From Pseudomonas sp. (GTDB lineage: Bacteria; Pseudomonadota; Gammaproteobacteria; Pseudomonadales; Pseudomonadaceae), in contig JAUYKV010000069.1 in NCBI GenBank assembly GCA_030699825.1, forward strand, positions 8,421-72,420: 64,000 bases of DNA, given 5' to 3'. Below, piece after piece: positions 60,532-64,000 of this stretch. A model generated the notes under the pieces. It saw only the letters and a program-made list of their open reading frames with translations. It was not told the DNA's origin and made no database searches. Within the stretch, counting starts at the first letter, position 1. The number at the start of each line of letters is the position of its first letter. Both the position numbers and the translations under genes were made by a program.

Positions 60532-60580
60532 GGTCAAACTGTTTATAGGTCAAATAGATTGACCTATAAACAGTTTGACC
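60532..60580. promoter_or_regulatory. Perfect 22-bp inverted repeat containing putative MarR operators
   Basis: GGTCAAACTGTTTATAGGTCAA-ATAGA-TTGACCTATAAACAGTTTGACC; a further GTCAA-N5-TTGAC site at 60607-60621. Confidence 0.75.
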
Positions 60581-60625
60581 GAAATTACGATGCCCTGCCC
60601 CAATACGTCAATAGGCTTGACCTTA

Positions 60626-61084
60626 ATGCTTGACCTGAAAAACGTCACCACCCAGCAGACCGCCATGGAAGCCTTCTTCTTCGGCTACCAGGCGTTCACC
60701 GCCAAGGCCGACGAAATGCTCGCCCGTCGCGGCCTGTCGCGGGTGCACCATCGCATTCTGTTCTTTATCGCCAAATACCCGGGCCTGAGCATGAAGGAAT
60801 TGCTGGCCTACCTGGGGGTGAGCAAGCAGGCACTGAATACGCCGCTGCGCCAGTTGCTGGAAATGCACCTGGTACAGAGCCTGACCGCCGAGGACGACAA
60901 ACGTAAGCGCCTGCTCGCTTTCACCGCCGAGGGAGCCAAGCTCGAACTGGCGCTGCGCCGCGAACAGGCAAAACTGTTGCAACGGGTATTCGGCGAAGTC
61001 GGTGAAGAGGCCGTCAACGGCTGGCTCGAGGTCAATCAGGCCTTGGGCAAGGGCCATCAGGCCGGATCGACTGAGAGGCCGTGA
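60626..61084 (+). CDS. MarR-family transcriptional regulator
   Basis: GLSRVHHRILFFI...SKQALNTPLRQL...DKRKRLL; divergent from the aminotransferase. Confidence 0.92.
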   Translation: MLDLKNVTTQQTAMEAFFFGYQAFTAKADEMLARRGLSRVHHRILFFIAKYPGLSMKELLAYLGVSKQALNTPLRQLLEMHLVQSLTAEDDKRKRLLAFTAEGAKLELALRREQAKLLQRVFGEVGEEAVNGWLEVNQALGKGHQAGSTERP

Positions 61085-61212
61085 AAAAATGCCCGCCTCC
61101 TGCGACCGCCTCGCCACGTTTTATAGCCCCGACCCATTACCTCGAGCTATCCCGGTTCCGTGTACCCGCCGCAGGCAGTGCACCGTGGTTCATTGGCGCG
61201 GCACAGCGCAGC

Positions 61213-61356
61213 TTCGCGGCTAAAGCCCCTCCCACAAGTGCCCTCAAGCCGGCAGACGCGATTGCCTCCAGTTTGCTGCGCGACAGCGCGGCGTCTGGAC
61301 GACGGGGGATCTCCTACAGGGCTGTGGTGATCTTGTGGGAGGGGACTTGTCCGCGA
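61213..61356. repeat. Cluster of REP half-elements and REP-associated repeat
   Basis: TTCGCGGCTAAAGCCCCTCCCACA (61213), repeat at 61264-61318, TGTGGGAGGGGACTTGTCCGCGA (61334). Confidence 0.8.
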
Positions 61357-61543
61357 ATCGTCTCGCGACGGCGTTCGATATCTTCACAACCACCGGAGGT
61401 TGACGCCAGCCATCCAGGGCAACTGTACCGTCAGCTCAAGCGAACACTTGCAAACTGTACCAGTCATTGCCTGCCCCGCTGTACCGCGACGTTGCCAGTA
61501 GCAGCCCTTAGGCTGGCAAGCACTGTCACCGAGTGCCGCCACC

Positions 61544-62158
61544 ATGACCGCTGAATTGCTGATCGCCTTTATTGCCTTTGCCTTCGTCACCTCGGTGACG
61601 CCGGGGCCGAACAACATGATGCTGCTCGCCAGCGGGGTGAACTTCGGCCTGCGTCGCAGCCTGCCGCACATGTTCGGTATCAGCCTGGGTTTTATGGTGC
61701 TGGTGATGGCGGTGGGTTTGGGCCTCGGCCAGGTGTTCGAGCAGGTGCCGATGCTCTACAGCGTGCTACGTTATCTGGGCGCGGCCTATCTGCTCTACCT
61801 GGCCTGGAAGATCGCCAACTCAGGCGCGCCGGACAACCAAGCCCAGGCCAGCGGCAAGCCATTCAGCTTTCTCCAGGCCGCGGCCTTTCAATGGGTCAAC
61901 CCCAAGGCCTGGGTGATGGCCATAGGCGCGATCACCACCTATACGCCGCAGGACAATTTCGTGGTCAATGTGCTGCTGATCGCCGCCCTGTTTGCCCTGG
62001 TCAACTGCCCCAGCGTCGGCCTCTGGACCATGGCCGGCAGCCTGCTGCGCAACTGGTTGAGCAATCCGCGGGTGCTGCGCGGTTTCAATATCGGCATGGC
62101 GCTACTTCTGGTCGCCTCGCTCTACCCCATCTTCGCCGACGTACAGGGAGTACTCTGA
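61544..62158 (+). CDS. LysE/RhtB-family amino-acid exporter
   Basis: TPGPNNMML, YLLYLAWK, FQWVNPKAW. Confidence 0.92.
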   Translation: MTAELLIAFIAFAFVTSVTPGPNNMMLLASGVNFGLRRSLPHMFGISLGFMVLVMAVGLGLGQVFEQVPMLYSVLRYLGAAYLLYLAWKIANSGAPDNQAQASGKPFSFLQAAAFQWVNPKAWVMAIGAITTYTPQDNFVVNVLLIAALFALVNCPSVGLWTMAGSLLRNWLSNPRVLRGFNIGMALLLVASLYPIFADVQGVL

Positions 62159-63348
62159 TGCAGGAACTGACCCAACCCCGTCTTCGCCCGCTGGCCGATA
62201 GTTCCACTTCGGCGGTGGTCGCCGGGTTCATCGCCATGCTCACCGGCTACACCAGTTCGCTGGTGCTGATGTTCCAGGCCGGCCAGGCGGCAGGACTGAC
62301 CAGTGGGCAGATTTCCTCGTGGATCTGGGCGCTGTCGCTCGGCATGGCAGTGACCTGCATCGGCCTGTCGCTGCGTTACCGCGCGCCGGTGATGATCGCC
62401 TGGTCGACCCCGGGCGCCGCCTTGCTGATCACCAGTCTGCCGGGGGTGCCCTATGGCGAGGCGATCGGCGCCTATATCCTTGCCTCGGGGCTGATCGTGC
62501 TGATCGGCCTGACCGGCACCTTCGACCGTTTAATGCGGCGTATTCCCGCCTCCATCGCCGCCGCCCTGCTGGCCGGGGTGCTATTCAAGATCGGCCTGGA
62601 AATCTGCGTGGCCGCCGAGCAGCAGCCGGTGCTAGTGGTGGCCATGCTGCTGGCCTATCTGTTCGGCAAGCGCCTGTTGCCCCGTTACGCGGTACTGGCG
62701 GCGCTGATTGTTGGCAGCGTGCTGGCCGGGTTCTTCGGCCTGCTGAATTTCGAACACTTCGAACTGCAGCTGGCCGTACCGGAATGGACCACGCCGAGTT
62801 TTTCCTGGGCCGCGTCGATCAGCATCGGCATTCCGCTGTTTATCGTCGCCATGGCCTCGCAGAACCTGCCGGGCATGGCCGTGCTGCGCGCCAACGGCTA
62901 TGACGTGCCGGCCAGCCCGCTGCTGACGACCACCGGACTGACCTCGATTCTGCTGGCACCGTTTGGCAGCCACGGCATCCATATGGCTGCCATCAGCGCG
63001 GCGATCTGCGCCGGCCCCGAAGCCCATGAAGACCCGGCCAAACGCTACACCGCAGCGGTCTGGTGCGGGGCGTTCTATGGCATCGCCGGGATCTTCGGCG
63101 CCACCCTGGCGGCGCTGTTCACCGCCCTGCCCACGGCGCTGATCCTGTCGATCGCCGCCCTGGCGCTGTTCGCCTCGATCATCGGCGGCCTGACCCAGGC
63201 CATGAGCGAACCCAAAGAACGCGAGGCGGCGCTGATCACCTTCCTGGTCACCGCCTCGGGCATGACGTTGTTCTCGGTCGGTTCGGCGTTCTGGGGGATA
63301 GTGGCGGGACTGCTGACCCTGGCGATTCTCAATGCCGGCAAGGATTGA
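62158..63348 (+). CDS. BenE-family benzoate/H+ symporter-like transporter
   Basis: AWSTPGAALL, MASQNLPG, REAALITFLVTASG...FWG; TGATG overlap with the LysE stop. Confidence 0.9.
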   Translation: MQELTQPRLRPLADSSTSAVVAGFIAMLTGYTSSLVLMFQAGQAAGLTSGQISSWIWALSLGMAVTCIGLSLRYRAPVMIAWSTPGAALLITSLPGVPYGEAIGAYILASGLIVLIGLTGTFDRLMRRIPASIAAALLAGVLFKIGLEICVAAEQQPVLVVAMLLAYLFGKRLLPRYAVLAALIVGSVLAGFFGLLNFEHFELQLAVPEWTTPSFSWAASISIGIPLFIVAMASQNLPGMAVLRANGYDVPASPLLTTTGLTSILLAPFGSHGIHMAAISAAICAGPEAHEDPAKRYTAAVWCGAFYGIAGIFGATLAALFTALPTALILSIAALALFASIIGGLTQAMSEPKEREAALITFLVTASGMTLFSVGSAFWGIVAGLLTLAILNAGKD

Positions 63349-63362
63349 GGGGAGCCAACCCA

Positions 63363-63436
63363 TCTGTGGGAGGGGCTTTAGCCGCGAAGCTTTGGCGGTG
63401 CTTCGAAAAAATCGCGGCTAAAGCCCCTCCCACAGA
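63363..63436. repeat. REP doublet (REPIN)
   Basis: TCTGTGGGAGGGGCTTTAGCCGCGA...TCGCGGCTAAAGCCCCTCCCACAGA. Confidence 0.9.
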
Positions 63437-63452
63437 CCGCAGGATGCTCTCC

Positions 63453-63490
63453 CAATGACAAAGGCGCCCGGATGGGCGCCTTTGTCATTG
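63453..63490. terminator. Bidirectional terminator-like hairpin
   Basis: 17-bp perfect stem CAATGACAAAGGCGCCC-GGAT-GGGCGCCTTTGTCATTG between convergent genes. Confidence 0.75.
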
Positions 63491-63507
63491 CAGCCAGCGA
63501 AGCGCGA

Positions 63508-64000
63508 TCAGATCGCCGTGGCCCCACCATCCACCGCCAGAGCCTGGCCGGTGGTGAAGGCGGCGCCGTCGCAGCACAGGTAGAGCACCGCGCTGGCGAT
63601 TTCCTCGACCTTGCCGATGCGCCCGACCGGGTGCATGGCGGCGGCGAACTCGGCCTTCTTCGGGTCGGCCTCGTGGGCGCGGCGGAACATGTCGGTGTCG
63701 ATCACCGCCGGGCACACCGCGTTGACACGGATTTTCTTCTTCGCGTACTCCACCGCTGCCGACTTGGTCAGGCCGATCACCGCGTGCTTGGAGGCGCTGT
63801 AGATGCTCATCTTCGGCGCCGCGCCGAGGCCGGCGACCGAGGAGGTATTGACGATGGCGCCGCCGCCCTGGGCCAGCAGCAACGGAATCTGGTACTTCAT
63901 GCACAGCCACACGCCCTTGACGTTGACGCCCATGAGAGCGTCGAACTCGGCCTCGCTGCCATCGGCCAGCTTGCCCTTCTCGATCTCGATGCCGGCATTG
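63508..64000 (-). CDS. Short-chain dehydrogenase/reductase, 5' end beyond window
   Basis: NAGI..., IVNTSS, YSASK, RVNAVCP, VDGG. Confidence 0.92.
   Translation of the reverse strand, partial: NAGIEIEKGKLADGSEAEFDALMGVNVKGVWLCMKYQIPLLLAQGGGAIVNTSSVAGLGAAPKMSIYSASKHAVIGLTKSAAVEYAKKKIRVNAVCPAVIDTDMFRRAHEADPKKAEFAAAMHPVGRIGKVEEIASAVLYLCCDGAAFTTGQALAVDGGATAI

Noticed and set aside
61081-61554. 157-aa ORF between marR and lysE
   Set aside because: It runs through REP repeats, has non-coding composition and shows no motif

Overview
Chromosomal window from a high-GC Pseudomonas (sensu lato), inferred from protein sequences and gene order. About 1-45 kb is largely core genome. It holds the end of a PL7 alginate lyase, a thioesterase and a decayed cystathionine gamma-synthase/lyase, then the nitrate-assimilation cluster (nasA transporter, PP2C-kinase fusion, nirBD, nitrate reductase, cobA) with two sigma54 promoters and two ANTAR twin-hairpin antiterminator leaders. 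An intact IS66 sits in the last codon of cobA without changing the protein. Then come oprF-sigX-cmpX-crfX-cmaX-rraA-hydrolase-ppsA/ppsR, the 2-methylcitrate operon, a retropepsin/7TM-transglutaminase-like/ATP-grasp trio, pabB, thrH, cysH, cysB, a USP, a 5'-nucleotidase, PilZ, a DAHP synthase, a GNAT, a GntP-family permease and oprI. About 45-64 kb is more accessory: an IS1182-like scar, TrmH, a secreted HExxH protein, ycgN, small ORFs, codA, a six-gene copper cluster, DUF2238, GST, a PLP aminotransferase/MarR pair, LysE, BenE and a partial SDR. Several REP/REPIN families fill the intergenic spaces. The best candidate for an under-described system is the copper operon: it has no pump or transcription factor and is headed by a CxxCxxC/ERPP leader that may be a ribosome-stalling metal sensor. 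Other leads are a possible orphan IS1111-type non-coding end, a perfect 22-bp operator palindrome, a Cys-less OprF, an enteric/betaproteobacterial-type prpC, a possible ACG start in cmaX and a rare-codon patch in ppsA. I saw no CRISPR, rRNA or tRNA. All family assignments come from motif recognition and recall, not database searches.
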